From: Octopus vulgaris
Lineage: Eukaryota
Reading direction: 5' to 3'
DNA length: 64,000 bases
Assembly: GCA_951406725.2 (NCBI GenBank)
Contig: OX597817.1
Span: 56,916,001-56,980,000 of the forward strand
Of the stretch, positions 38,005 to 52,755 are shown piece by piece. The position numbers and the translations under genes are program-made. Position 1 is the stretch's first letter; every line of letters starts with the position of its first letter. The notes below the pieces were generated by a model. The model saw only the letters and a list, made by a program, of their open reading frames with translations. It was not told the DNA's origin and did no database searches.

Positions 38005-38290
38005 CTCTGAGTTACAAGTCCGGGCAAAGTGGTTTTACGGAAGACATACAGTTTTCTATGCATACCAGCCTCCTCCTCTCCACGCCACTGATGTTATCCA
38101 AGGGAAACGCAAAGGGGCCGATACAGTTTGGCACCAGTGACGTCACAACTCATTTCTACATCTAAGTGAACTGGAGCAACATGAAATAAAGTGTCTTGCT
38201 CAAGAACACAACATACAGCACTGTCCGGGAATCGAACTCACCATCTGGAGGTTGTGAACCCGACGCTCTAACCACTGAGCTATGCGCCTT
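38005..38290 (-). mobile_element. SINE family C head/core with an alternative, RTE-like tail
   Basis: Same head and core as 39356 but a different 3' part, which is shared with 57050-57268(-). Confidence 0.8.
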
Positions 38291-39355
38291 CATGTGTATA
38301 TATGTACATATGCATATATGTATGTCTGCATATATGTATGTATGTACGTTACATGTGTCTTTGTGAGGTAATACATTCTTTTGTAAATCGGTCACATGTT
38401 GCAGATAGTTCACCTCTGTTTAAAGTTCACCTCTGCAAGTAGCTGACGACTTCACCTGTACAGATAGGTGATAACTTTGCCAACACAGGTAGCTGATAGC
38501 TTCACCTGTTCAGGTAACTGATACGTTATTGAGCGATTTTTGTCATGTTCAAATGCTAAGAAAACAAACAAATGAGGGGTGGGGCGGACACCTTCCACCT
38601 CTTTGGCACCTTAACTGGTATTTCTTGAAATTCTTCCGCCAAAGTCTGCTTTCAATAACAACGAAGCTAAATGCGGTAGGTCGCGCTGCTAGAGATAGAA
38701 GCCTAATGTTCCATAACTCCCACTCTTTGTAGTCCAAGATACTCTTTGATCACGAATGGAAGTATCTTTGACGGTGTGTCTACTGGATCATGGTTTAACA
38801 AGGACCGAACACCAGCTCTCTCGCTCTCTCTCTTTCTCTCTCTCTCTCTCGCTCTCTTTCTCGCTCTCTCTCTCTCTCTTGCTCTCTCTCTCTCTCTCAT
38901 TCTCTCTCTTTGTCCTCTCACACACCTCCCTTCGCTTCCTTGTCCTACTGGGGTAGTGAAGTATCCCCTCTGTAGTAATACATACGACGGGCTTCTTTCA
39001 GTTTCCGTCTACCAAATCCACTCTCATGGCTCTAGTCGGCCCACGACTATAGTAGAACACACTTGCCCAAGTTGCGCACAGTAGGACTGAACTCGAAACT
39101 ATGTCGTTGGGAAACAATCTTCTTACCACACACTCACGTTGCTTCAATACATTGAGGTACCTACACGCAAATATCCAACATGATAAGGCCCTCTTATCAT
39201 GCTCCACTCATTCTCCTGACACATAACCAAACTTTAACTATATCAGACACTACAGTCAGGTTTAGCCCAGGCGATTAAGCAGCGGAGCATAACGATACTG
39301 CTGATTGATTCATTGTTCTTATTGTTGTTGTAGTAACTGTATTGTAGCTTGAGTG

Positions 39356-39673
39356 AGGGCGCGTGGCTTAGTGGTTAGGGCATTCGGCTCATGATCGTAA
39401 GGTTGTGAGTTCGATTCCTGGCGACGCGTTGTGTCCTTGAGCAAGACACTTTATTTCACGTTGCTCCAGTCCACTCAGCTGGCAAAAATGAGTTGTACTT
39501 GTACTTCAAAGGGTCAGCCTTGTCACTCTCTGTGTCACGCTGATTATCCCCGAGAACTACGTTAAGGGTACACGTGTCTGTGGAATGCTCAGCCATTTGC
39601 ACGTTAATTTCACAAGCAAGCTGTTCCGTTGATCGTATCAGCTGGGACCCTCATCGTCGTAACCGGCGGAGTC
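39356..39673 (+). mobile_element. SINE family C, full length (reference copy)
   Basis: A box tggcttagtgg, B box gagttcgattcc, core tccttgagcaagacact and tail ...cgtcgtaaccggcggagt. Tail fragments at about 1830-2000, 19800-19935(-) and 58945-59128. Confidence 0.9.
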
Positions 39674-39814
39674 TTTTAAATTGTAGCTTGATGTCCGCCA
39701 TAATCGAAAGTTATTCCAGCTATGAAAATTCCATCCTTTATTCTGGAACAGGGTTCGATAGACTATTTTATCCAATGTCTCCGTTTCGAAAGACTGTAAG
39801 GAGTATATAACATC

Positions 39815-40215
39815 GTGATGAGACGATCAGGCGTGGCTGTTTGGACGCTGATTATTTGGCACGGCCAACTGGACATTCGGCATGTTTTGGCGACAATACG
39901 CTTTAGCAACAGTGGCAAACACACACACACACACACATACACACACACACACACACACAACAATGTATTTATTGACAAGGAGTGACACACACTTACTCTC
40001 TCCTCAGACGCATAAAGAGAAATATGTTCTCAGACATAAAAAGGAGACAGAGAGGGAGAGAGAAAGAGGGAGATGGCGAGAGAGACAGATAGAGAAAGGG
40101 AGAGAAACAGAAAGAGAGAGAGAGAACCAGTAAAACGTTTCATGGCAAATAAGTCAGCATCGAATCGCCGGCGCCCAAATAAGTGACGCCAGATAAGCAG
40201 CACCAAAACAGTTGG
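39815..40215. mobile_element. Old MITE-like element with short subterminal repeats
   Basis: Left gacgctgattatttggcacgg is inverted relative to right catggcaaataagtcagcatc. The right end and interior resemble 28080-28250. Confidence 0.45.
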
Positions 40216-40977
40216 TTGTGCTAAAACGTTTCATCCATATTTTAGAGAGATTTAACTGGTATATCTTGCAGAGACCACGTACAGGTTCCCTCATCGATTC
40301 AAACGATTCGTTGCTTTGCAGAGCTAAATTAAAAATTACCCCATTGAGAGTAAAGCTATCTGTAATAGAGCGGTATTACTCCTCCTGGGGAAGATTCAAC
40401 TCTCATTTACTTAACATTGCAACCGTTATAAATAAACAACAGCATCCTTGGAGATGTTTCTAACAGGAAACTGTTCATCTGTTATTTTACACCGGAGATA
40501 CAGAAAATAAATATAAACGCGTGAATTTGCCATATTTTAGAAAAAATTCTTTCAGACATAGGCATGGCTGTGCGGTAAAAAGCTTGCTATGTAACTGCAT
40601 GACTTCGGGTTCGGTCCCAACTGCATGGCACCTTGGGCAGGTGTCTTGGCAACAAAGACAAAAAAGACATACAAACAAACGGAGAACGTGGTACACAATT
40701 ACGAATACAAACAAGAAATAACAACAGGCGTTTTTCGACTGAGAACGAATCAAATTGAGCTGGCGTGTATGAAGTGAAAGCATAAACGCAGGAAGATAGA
40801 TGGACATAAGGCGCAGATGAGGCTGTATGGTAAGAAGCTAGCTTCCCAACCAAGTGATTCTGGGTTCAGTCCCACTGCATGGCACCTTGGGCAAGTGTCT
40901 TCTACTATAGCCTCGGACCGACTAATGCCTTGTGAGTGGATTTGGTAGACGGAAACTGAATGGAAGCTTGTCGAGCA

Positions 40978-41010
<33 letters not shown>

Positions 41011-41097
41011 CTGTGTGTTTTTGTGTTTTCATATGTCCCCACCACCACCGCTTGTTTGTTTATATCTCCATAACTTAGCGGTTCATCAGACATAAAG

Positions 41098-41134
<37 letters not shown>

Positions 41135-42498
41135 TATACATACATACGACGGGATTCTTTCAGTTTCCGTCTACCAAATCCACTCTCATGGCTTTAGTCA
41201 ACCCACGACTATAATAGAACACACCTGCCCAAGTTGCCGCACAGTGGGACTGAACTCGGAACTATGTGGCTGGGAAACAATCTTCTTACCACACTCTCAC
41301 GCTGCTTCAATACATTGAAGTACCTACACGCGAATATCCAACAAAAGAAGTCGTCTGAGGAACCAAATCTAGGAATACCATACAAACTACATTTTCTTGC
41401 GGTAATAAGACGGGGTGGGGCAGCTACGTGGGCGATCAGTCTGCTGGATAAAACAACCAAGCTTCCCTCAAACCATACTGCACTTACTTAAAAATATATA
41501 TATATTTCTTTATTGCCCACAAGGGGCTAAACATAGAGGGGACAAACAAGGACAGACAAAAGGATTAAGTCGATTACATCGACCCCAGTGCGAAACAAGT
41601 ACTTTATTTATCGACCCCGAAAGGATGAAAGGCAAAGTCGACCTCGGCGGAATTTGAACTCAGAACGTAACTACAGACGAAATACCGCTAAGCGTAAACG
41701 CGCATTCGATTATAAGGTTTTAGGTGCATTATTAAGAGTAAGTATCGGGCAGGTGCAGATATTTAAACTATCCTGAGTGGCACTTAGACGCTCCGAATTT
41801 TTCATTTTTCTTTATCACCATCATCACCATTATTAGCAATAAACAAATAAATCATTTTTAGAGGCGTATAAAACGTGTATCAGACATACAGGTGCCGGTC
41901 GGGACTATAAAAATACCTTTGTGGCTATTTTAAAATGATAAGCCTTCCATTAGTAGTAATTTTAAAAAAAAAAAAGATAAAAACAGGTATGGCTTCCTTC
42001 CGTTCTTCGGTTCGGTTTCATTAAAAACTTTTATGATTAATTTTCATTTCATATCGTGTTTTCTTGACCGTCTAAGATTCGTTTCGCTTACGTTGATGAT
42101 TTTTAATGATAAAATAATTCTCTAATCCGTATTCCCACCGCCTCTGATTCAACGATATATACTTTGCTGCTTTAAAGAAATCTTAATTACATCCCTCCAT
42201 CAATGTTTCATGTTACACACACCAGCCTAATAATGGCAAAATTATTTTACTAACTTCATTATTTTCAAAATTAATTGAAATATAAATATGATAATAAAAT
42301 ACTAACTTTATTATCATGAATAAGGCGCATGCGTGGCTGTGTGGTAAGAAGTTTACTTCCCAACCACAAGGTTCTGGGTTCAGTCCCACTGCGTGACATC
42401 TTGGGCAAATGTCTTCTTCTGTAGCCTCGGGCCGACCAAAGACTTAAGGGAGAATTTGATAGTTGGAAGCTGAAGGAAGCCCATCGTGTGTGTGTCTG

Positions 42499-42545
<47 letters not shown>

Positions 42546-42929
42546 TAGGAGCATCCCCACCACACACGCGCATGCGTGTGTCTGCGTGCGTGTGTGTACG
42601 TTTGTCTCCGTTCATCGTTTGACAACTAATGCTGTTGTGCTTACGTACCCGTAACTTAGCGGTTCAGCAAAAAAACACTGATAAAATAAGTACTAGGCTT
42701 AAAAAAGTAATAATTTCTGAGGTTGATTTATTCGACTAAAGATTCTTCGAGGCGGTGCCCCAGCATGGCCGCAGTCTAATGACTGAAACAGGTAAAAGAT
42801 AAAAGAATGATTGTTTGACAATTCAGGATAAAGCTACAAAAAACATATAATTTATGTCTACCTTAAATTCAAACCCTAAAACTAATCGCAACTTACTCCC
42901 TTATTATCTTCAAGGCTAGCCCTCGCGTG

Positions 42930-43140
42930 TCTTCCAGTCTGACACGCAAATTGTTACTAATTACTAATTACTAATTGATTTATTGTAGCTCATTAAACGG
43001 ATTAATGATCAGCTTCATTTGTCATTTCCTTGTCTTGCCTGCCGCCATTATGTAGTAAGTGTTTCAGGGTAAAGTTTTTGTAAAATCGTTTTTGTGATTG
43101 ATTAATCTCTTAATAAGACGAAGCGATTACGTCAAATATG
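42930..43140. promoter_or_regulatory. Homeodomain-motif cluster, possible enhancer
   Basis: Unique sequence with repeated TAATTA, TGATTTAT and TGATTGAT (Pbx-Hox type), TGACA/TGTCA (Meis type) and GGATTA. Confidence 0.3.
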
Positions 43141-43445
43141 AAAATAAAAGTTATTTGCGACAAACCATCATAAGCATGTCAACTGAAACAGTTGAGCAAA
43201 CAGTTTACAGGTTTTCGAGAGGGAAAAAAAGACAATTTTTCTTGTCCCTTTTTTAATTTCTTTTTGACAGTATTTCACATTGGAATATCAAAGTTAAGAC
43301 AATCAGAGATTTCAGAAATTAGTTTTTCTTGAGATAGAAGAAATAACTAATATGACCGAAAAGGAAGGGTGGACATTGTCAAAATTCTGTAAGCGCATGC
43401 GTATGTATGAGACAGAGAGAGAGAGTATGAGTATGCACATCAATG

Positions 43446-43480
<35 letters not shown>

Positions 43481-43686
43481 CGTTAGCTGATGAAGCTCCA
43501 TGTTCCAGATCGGTTTTATTACCAAATATGATAAATATTATTTTTTAGCATGTCCATGGCAATACCATATAACATTGGAAGCAGCAACAGTTGTTAGATG
43601 GGGTGCAGTCTATTTGTATTGAATTAAAAAATGTTAATTGTTCTTGATCAATATTTCTCCATTTTCTGTTTACTTTATTTATATAC

Positions 43687-43719
<33 letters not shown>

Positions 43720-44196
43720 TGTATGTATGTATGTATGTATGTATGTATGTATGTATGTATGTATGTATGTATGTATGCATATATGTATGTATGTATGTGT
43801 GTATGTATGAATGTATGTATGTATGTATTATTTATGTATGTACAAGAAACGTGTTTCGTTTGATGAAGAAAGCCCATCTTATTGTTAAATGTCTCCCTGC
43901 GGCAATTTACTGGTTGCATATCTATGATTTTTTGCACATCCATCTGCTAATTATGAACATTAAGATTATTACGTAATTCCAAGCTCCCAGAAACAGCTGT
44001 CGAGTTAAAACACAATGCATTCTTTCCTTAGCATTCAATATTTTTTTATGCCCTATGTAAATGGAAATTTATTTGTCTATATATATAACTATCTATATAC
44101 TTGCACATGTGTATATCTTCTGAATATAATTAGTTATTTGTATCAATAGATATCTCTATGTGCATATCTATAAATGTGTATTTATATATATGTATG

Positions 44197-44248
<52 letters not shown>

Positions 44249-44251
<3 letters not shown>

Positions 44252-44432
44252 GGGGAACTTCACAAAAACAGCAAAAGACGAAGACAGGTGGTGTATATAA
44301 CAAACAGATGTTTTCGTATAACGCTCGGGAAGTAAAAAAGTCTTTAACGTTTCGAGCCTACGCTCTTCCACAGAAAGGAACACAGAAAGAAACAAGGAAA
44401 GAAAATAAAGAATGTGTGGTGGCTAGCGATCT

Positions 44433-44436
<4 letters not shown>
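44249..44436 (-). mobile_element. Short PLE-derived hammerhead element, copy 4
   Basis: Minus strand: cttt-CTGTGGA-a-gagc(gtag)gctc-GAAAC-GTT-aaag (44342-44377). The 5' end tgatagatcgcta abuts (TA)n. Confidence 0.75.
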
Positions 44437-44483
<47 letters not shown>

Positions 44484-44648
44484 CCTAATGTTATTTATCT
44501 GCATCATTGTCTCCATATTAGCTCACGTGGATTTCTCTTTACCCTGTGGACTTAGTCCTCGATAAACCACATCTGCGTCTTTCTATATTTAGAATCTCTA
44601 TCTCTCACGCTTTCGGCTGTATATATATTTATACACACACACATATGT

Positions 44649-44699
<51 letters not shown>

Positions 44700-44868
44700 A
44701 ATTGAGATAGGGGTTGTAAATGCAACCCTCTATGGGATAACGTATATCCAATATACTGCTAGTGAAGTACCCAACAAAGTGAATACATAAATGTTAATGA
44801 TTGCGATGCAATCAATTCATTTACTGTATTATATGGGCAAAAGTAAAATGATTTACCACAAATTACCA

Positions 44869-45047
44869 ATACAAGATAAGAAAATGGAGAAATACATCTA
44901 AATCAAATATCAATTACCAGATAATACTCAATCACATACTTTAACCCTACAGTCTCTTATGTGGTGGTTTAATAAAGCATGTGATTGAGTATTATCTGGT
45001 AATTGATATTTGATTTAGATGTATTTCTCCATTTTCTTATCTTGTAT
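44869..45047. repeat. Near-perfect inverted repeat (69-bp perfect arms)
   Basis: 44869-44937 is the exact reverse complement of 44979-45047. It ends an insertion (44697-45047) that lies between (TA)n tracts. Confidence 0.9.
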
Positions 45048-45048
45048 C

Positions 45049-45141
<93 letters not shown>

Positions 45142-45180
45142 TATAAGTTCGTTTACGTATTGAATATACCTATAAAAGCT

Positions 45181-45803
45181 CCTATACCATTATGCGCCAG
45201 CTACAGACTAACGATGCCAGATGGCGATACCAGTCTTTTGGCGATACCGAGCTGTGCAGATATAATGCAGGATAAATACAGTGATAATAATAATAATCCT
45301 TTGATGGAATTTCTAAGTATTTTAATGCATCATTACGCGTGTTTCCACTAATAACATGTTTCTTATGATTATAGTCCGTATTCCTGGACATCTGCATACT
45401 CAAATGTCAAAATGAGCCCAACATCACCACGCACTACCATTCCTTCCTCTCTTTCCATCCCCACCAAATACACACAGAAATGCCTACCCAATCAACCTTT
45501 CCGTTGGTCAAAATTGTTAAACAACCCTCAGTTATACACCCGTTAATGCCATTTCGCTCGAAGAAATGAATGCATTAGCATGATCTCCCCGAAACCATGG
45601 ATGCTACGGACTGTATTGTAATCATCCCAGGAACACGGGCTATGATCGTAAGAAACATATGATTTATGGAAACGTGCGTAGTGATGCATTAAAATATTTA
45701 TAAATTCCATCCAAGGATTATAATCATTATTACTATACATATATATATAGTTACTTCCCTTAGCACTAAAATCCAAAAGAATTGCTTCTAAATGGTATTG
45801 AGG
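45181..45803. mobile_element. MITE-like element with long diverged terminal inverted repeats
   Basis: 45275-45388 is an imperfect inverted copy of 45625-45740. The outer ends cctataccatta / taaatggtattgagg also match. Confidence 0.6.
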
Positions 45804-46824
45804 CCGTTTTTACTCCACCTCGAACAGATCCAGCTAGAACACTACGCCGCTATCTCGGATATTACCTTTAGGGCTTTGGACCTGTTCTTCCCAGAGACTG
45901 AGAGCTGTTTCATTAGATCGTGAGCAAATTTGCCCACAAAATTCTAGCTCCAACCTCTATGGCGAGAACCTTGACCCGGAAGTTTGCTTCCCTCAGGTTG
46001 TTTGGCCAGACATGTATACACGCACGCACACAGTCACACACACACACACACATACACACACACACACACATACACACGCTCACGCACGCACACTCATATA
46101 CATTACACGCGCGCACACAAACGCGAGCGCGAGGGGAAAGAATGCGAAGAAGTCAAATCAAAATACCAAACTTGTCGAAGATTGAAATAGATCGAAATTC
46201 CAAAGATTCCATCACCAGACAAATTGATAGCTACTTTCTAAAATTCAATTCCTGTTAATTAATTCACAAAAAAATAACACTAAAAATTTGTATCCACTAT
46301 TATATCGACTTTTTTTAGGAAAGCTTATCGGTGAGAAACAAATATTTTTGCTAAAGAATTCAATGGAATCGCAGTAGCACAGTACGTTATCTGACCAAAG
46401 CCTGTAAAATTCATAATTTAAAATAAAAATGTTCGACTTATGACCCGGGCATCAAAGCAATTTCCGATAAAAGTCGCATTGTGTTGGATAACATTTGCTG
46501 TTTGTTATTTTTTAAATTTCGATATCTTGTCTGACTTCCGCTATCATTATCAAGGTCATTATCACCACCATCATTATCATCATCATCATCATCATCATCC
46601 TGAATGTTATCAACATTACTGCAGTGCTGTCATTAACATCCCCCTCCTCCCCCTCTTTCTCCTCCTCCTCATCATTATCATCATCGTCGTCGTCGTCGTC
46701 GACGACGTCAGCATTATCATCATCATCATCGTCATCAACATCATTATTACCACCCGCGCCATAACTACTGCGAAATATATCTCATACTGTTACTTTCTCC
46801 ACATCCACCCGATCACTTCCCCAT

Positions 46825-46861
<37 letters not shown>

Positions 46862-47143
46862 GTCACTTACAGCCAAACACACACACACGCACATGAATAC
46901 AAACACACACATACGAACATACGCGTAAATATACACACGCTTTCAATGCAAAGTCCTAAGAAAAGAGGGACCAGTGGGGAGGAGGAAAATTTCGGGGCGG
47001 TGAGAAGAACCAATTGGGTAATTAGATAGGGGTGGAGAAGCGAAGGGCTGGAGGCTGATCTCAACTAATGGCGGTGATAGTGACAGGGATGGAGAACAAA
47101 AACAAGAGGAAGAAAAGAAAGAAACAAAGAGAACAAGACAGAA

Positions 47144-47189
<46 letters not shown>

Positions 47190-47294
47190 GAGAGGATGAC
47201 GGGAAAGAGAGGAGAGAAGGCGAGTGAATTATGCATTGGAAACCTGACATGCAGTAATTGAAAATAAACTTTTGGTCTGGCCTGAAAATAAAGA

Positions 47295-47846
<552 letters not shown>

Positions 47847-47969
47847 GGTTATTCAAAAATAATGAAACGATTTCATTACGCAATATTTTAGTAGAGAAAA
47901 GCAATTGAAAACTCCAGCTAATTTACAAGTATTTACTCACAATCAACTTTTATTTCCTGTCTTACTCTG

Positions 47970-48001
<32 letters not shown>

Positions 48002-48004
48002 CAT

Positions 48005-48051
<47 letters not shown>

Positions 48052-48060
<9 letters not shown>

Positions 48061-48300
48061 AAATCCGTTCTGTCTGTCTCTGTGTGTGTCTTCTCGGATC
48101 TCGGGCATCCTCCATCTGATTGCGCTCAAATTTGATATGTAGATACCGACGGTATCGGGGCATGTATAAGTCTTGAAAAAATAACAGAAATCGATTCCAG
48201 GTGAGAATGCCATCGATAAAGCCATGGGAACGTGAATTTGTAAAATTGTTTTTCTTGGAATAGAAAAAAAGTCTATCTTTATTTCTTCTTTTACTGGTGT
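48052..48300 (+). mobile_element. Probable 5' part of a non-autonomous Helitron
   Basis: Begins tatataaaatccgttctgtctgtc, resembling the 5' end of the neighbouring Helitron. No 3' CTAG hairpin was found. Confidence 0.4.
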
Positions 48301-48896
48301 CTCAAAGTTAGGTTAAATCAGTGTTTCTCAAAGGGGAGGCCTATGAGACGGTCGGACAAGTTGTTTTGAGAAAATTTGGTTTAAATGTTTGACAACTCAG
48401 CACCGTCCTTTAGACGGGGGGCGTTTTGCTCGTGTGTATATATATGACACCTAACCCCCCCTCCTTGGAGTAAACAGCCTGACCAGCTACAAAAAAGACC
48501 AACAAAACAATTTTTTCTTCTTTCTCTCCCTTTTCTTCCTTTACTTCTTTTTCTCTAACACTTCTTACAGATACAAACACACACACACACACACACACAC
48601 ATGCTCTCTCTCACTTTCTCCCCATTCATCACCCTCTCGTACTATCGCATATCCATCCCCACCACTACACACTCAATAACACTATAAAAATGGCCAAATT
48701 ATTCCACAAGAACTTAGTTCAATTTGAAAACTCCACTAGAATGGACGAAAACGCTAATATATGATATATGATCTAAGTTATATGATGTATGAAAAACATG
48801 AAATATACAAATAAATATGTGTAAATATAAAACCATCCGAATTTCTGAGTACCTCATTTCTTCTAATATAAAATACCTGTACATCATCTCCAAACC

Positions 48897-48942
<46 letters not shown>

Positions 48943-48943
<1 letters not shown>

Positions 48944-49578
48944 TAGCAGTATCGCCCGGCGTTGCTCGGGTTTGTAAGGGAAATAACTATATAAGCATTT
49001 TTAGAGAGTTATAGCCAAAAAATAGCAAAAAATGCATTAAAAATGGAAAAAATATGATGGTAAATTTTTTTTTAAATCGTTGACTCATCGTAGACATTTT
49101 TAGAGAGTTACTTCCCTTGTATAATAGCGAAAAAATGCATTAAAATGGAAAAAAAACGATGGTAAATTTTTTTTAAATCGTAGACTCATGTAGACGCTTT
49201 CTTAGCCATTTCTGTTTTGGTGTCTTCAAGCCATGAAGTCGTTGTTCTAAAAGAACACTGGTCTCCTTGACAACGCATTACGACGTTGATTTCCTTACAC
49301 TCCCTTCCCCACAGGTGCAGGTGTGAGCGTGGACGCCAACTCCGCCGCCATCGACACACGAAAACTTATGCATTAAAATGGAATAAAAAATGATGTTAAA
49401 TTATTTTTAAAATCGTAGACTCATCGTAGACGCGCGCTAATATTCAGACGGGCTCGATATGAATCACGACTATAAGCTACCCGAATTTGGTTAAACTGTA
49501 CCGCAAAATGTGGGAGTATTTAGGAATCTAAATCGAAGGGGACAGACACTCACACAACTACAGTTTTATATATATAGA
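48943..49578 (-). mobile_element. Complete non-autonomous Helitron
   Basis: Minus strand A|TCtatatatataaaa ... cccgagcaacgccggg (hairpin) cgatactg CTAG|T, with no TSD. An internal ~70-110 bp unit occurs three times. Confidence 0.85.
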
Positions 49579-49591
49579 TATACATAGCGCA

Positions 49592-49950
49592 GTAGTGGTG
49601 AGATATGACAGCAAAGAAAAGCATACATTCACTCTCTGCATGCAATTAGACTCGGAAAGTTCGTGAGGAACCCATTGACCCAATTTGCTGACTTTTCCGA
49701 TAGCACACAGGTGTCAATGAATGGTTGAATGACCAAATCCAAGCTTCTCTGCTAGTTCCTCAACAGTTACGATGATATTTTGTTCCACCAGGGTTTTCAG
49801 GATGTCCTTGTCGAGTTCTACAGATCTTTCAGGATGAGGCTCGTCTTCTAGGCTGTAGTTTATGGCTCGGGATTTCTGGAACCACCATTGACACTGCCTT
49901 ACGCTTATTGTCCAATCCCCATATACTGCATTAATATTTCTTGTACTTTG
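49592..49950 (-). mobile_element. Mariner transposase fragment (HTH region to WVPHEL)
   Basis: TRNINAVYGD..SVRQCQWWFQK....SLEDEP...LKTLVEQN..TVEELAEKLG...STIH*HL..IGKVSKLGQWVPHELS contains the diagnostic mariner WVPHEL motif and an in-frame stop. Confidence 0.92.
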
Positions 49951-50753
49951 CACACATTTATATTCTGTTATTCTTTTATATGTTTCAGCCTTGAGGTTGT
50001 GGCCATGCTGGATCATGTGTGTGTGTGTGTGTGTGTGTGTCTATCTGTCTGTCTGTCTGTATGTATATATGTATATGTATGTGTGTGAACAATAATATTT
50101 TCAACAGATGTGTTGCAAATGTATCTGATTGTTCTCAAGCTTCAATACTGTGTGTGTGTGTATGTGTGTGTGTGTATGTATGTATATGTATGTATGTATG
50201 TATATGTATGTATGTATGTATGTGTGTATGTATGTATGTGTGTGTGTATGTATGTGTGTGTGTATGTGTGTGTGTATGTATGTATGTATGTATGTATGTA
50301 TGTATGTATGTATGTATGTATGTATGTATGTATGAGTGTATGTTTACTTTATTACTAATTACTCTCTTCCAAGAACATTTTCACTCACTCTTAGCTCTTA
50401 GCTTCCCATACATTTTACTCATGTATCTATCAGCGTCATAGACAGAATACTTTCACTTTAGTCTTCCTCAAATCACTCTGTCGGTATTTACTTTCATTTT
50501 ATTCGTTGCCCACTGTGTGTGTGCGTTTGCATGTGGTGTAAACCAGACTAAGAAAAGCATTTGACACACACACCAGAATGTGAGTTTTCTGTAAATTTTG
50601 CTTAATTGGAGTTTAAATTTTAAAAACTGGACCTGGCATGACGCGATGCATTGTACTCTCAAAAATGCTAGGTAAATTGTAATTGAAGAAATCCTATATT
50701 GTAGATTTGTATAACTCCCAAAGGGAGGCAGATAAAATCTGCCTTTTATAATA

Positions 50754-50788
<35 letters not shown>

Positions 50789-50903
50789 TATATCAGATGA
50801 GGTTTTAAGCAATGATAGCAAAGCTAGCAGCCGTGCTCCAGCATGGGCATAGCTCTTGAGCTGAAACTAATAAAGCAAAAATGTATATCTATCTATCTAT
50901 ATC

Positions 50904-50981
<78 letters not shown>

Positions 50982-51660
50982 CATGTGTATGTATATATAT
51001 ACATACATATATACATGTGTACGTGCGTATGGATGGATGGATGTAATTGGCTGTACCTTGCCTCTTATCTTGGAAAGGGACATTAAATTAAGAGCCCGGT
51101 CGTTAATATTGTTATTCTAAGACTCGGCAACGCCGTAAAACCTGGATCCTGATTGACAGGAGACAACTTGTGCAATGACCTCTCTTATTAGCCACTGCTA
51201 TGGTAATATTACGGTGGAGGGAATACCACAATGGTGGTGGTGGTGGTGGTGGTGGTGGTGGTGGTGTTGTTTCTAATGATGGTGGTGGTATGATTGTTGT
51301 GGTGTGGTGGCAGAGGTAGTAGTAGCGATGGATGTAGTAGCAATAGTAGTAATGGTATATCAGTCATAACGATGATGGCGGACGCAGGACTGAACAAGTG
51401 GTAAAGAAGAGTACTTCTCAACCACGAGATCTACGATTCGATCCCACTTTGTGGCATTATGGGGTAGATCACAACGTAGTATTATCCCAAGAGCTGTGTA
51501 TAATACAGAGTAAACAGAAGTAAACGTGTGGAAGCTTTTCATGTGAGTTATAAGTTCAAAGGAAACTGAAAGAAGCCCGTCTATATACATACATATATAT
51601 ATATATTTCGTTTTTGGATTTGGTTTGCAAGATTCTTTATGAGAGTTCCTGTGTTGAAGC

Positions 51661-51840
51661 ATATTCTGTTGTGACTGGGGGGAGTCATTTTCTTTTCGTG
51701 CCTTATAAGAGTCAAGGCTATTTTGAAATGCTTGCAACGAAAATTTTAGATAAATAAAAATAAGTGGAAATTTTACCGGTGAGTGTGTTAAATTATAAGG
51801 CACAAAAAGAAAATAACTCTTCCCAGACACAACAGTATAT
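51661..51840. repeat. Inverted repeat (~47-bp arms) between (TA)n tracts
   Basis: atattctgttgtgactggg...gtgccttataa pairs with ttataaggcac...cccagacacaacagtatat. Confidence 0.75.
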
Positions 51841-52296
51841 ATATACTCTTTTACTCTTTTACTCCTTTACTTGTTTCAGTCATTTGACTGCGGCCATGCT
51901 GGAGCACCGCCTTTAATCGAGCAACTCGACCCCGGGACTTATTCTTTTGTAAGCCTAGTACTTATTCTATCGGTCTCTTTTGCCGAACCGCTAAGTAATG
52001 GGGACATAAACACACCAGCATCGGTTGTCAAGCAATGCTAGGAGGACAAACACAGACACACAAACACACACACGCATATATATATATACATATACACGAC
52101 GGGCTTCTTTCAGTTTCCGTCTACCAAATCCACTCTTTGGTCGGCCCGAAGCTATAGTAGAAGACACTTGCCCAAGATGCCACGCAGTGGGACTGAACCC
52201 GGAACCATGTGGTTGGTAAGCAAGCTACTTACCACACAGCCACTCCTGCGCCTATATATATAAAGAAAATAGAAACTACACATGGAAAAGATTTAA

Positions 52297-52530
52297 GGGA
52301 AAAAAAGCGAAAATGCACATTGACTATCAAAAAGAATTAAGGCTTTTTAATGAAAAGAAGCGATAAATAAATGCAATTAGATGAACTGAGGTAGAAACAA
52401 TTCAAAATAATGAATTTAATTCCTCTTAATTCTACCTCAGTTCATTTAATTGTATTTATTTATCGCTACTTTTCATTAAAAAGCCTTTATTATTTTTTGA
52501 TAGTCAATGTACATTTTCCCTTTTTTCTTC
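52297..52530. repeat. Inverted repeat (~100-bp arms, ~33-nt spacer)
   Basis: gaaaatgcacattgactatcaaaaa...tgaactgaggtagaa pairs with ttctacctcagttca...tttttgatagtcaatgtacattttc. Confidence 0.85.
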
Positions 52531-52694
52531 TTACTTTCCCCATACATACATACATACATACATACATACATACATACATACATACATACATACATACATA
52601 CATCTCCTTCTCCCCTTCTTTCCTGAGCGTCCAAGAATACTTTATTTGTTCCACATCCTTGCGTTGTTTTCTTTTTGTTTTCTTGTTTGGATTA

Positions 52695-52755
<61 letters not shown>

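Noticed and set aside
44539-44560. miR-10-like seed taccctgt; also catcttac (3444) and tttggcac (63300)
   Set aside because: The matches stop after about 8 nt and I see no convincing precursor hairpin.
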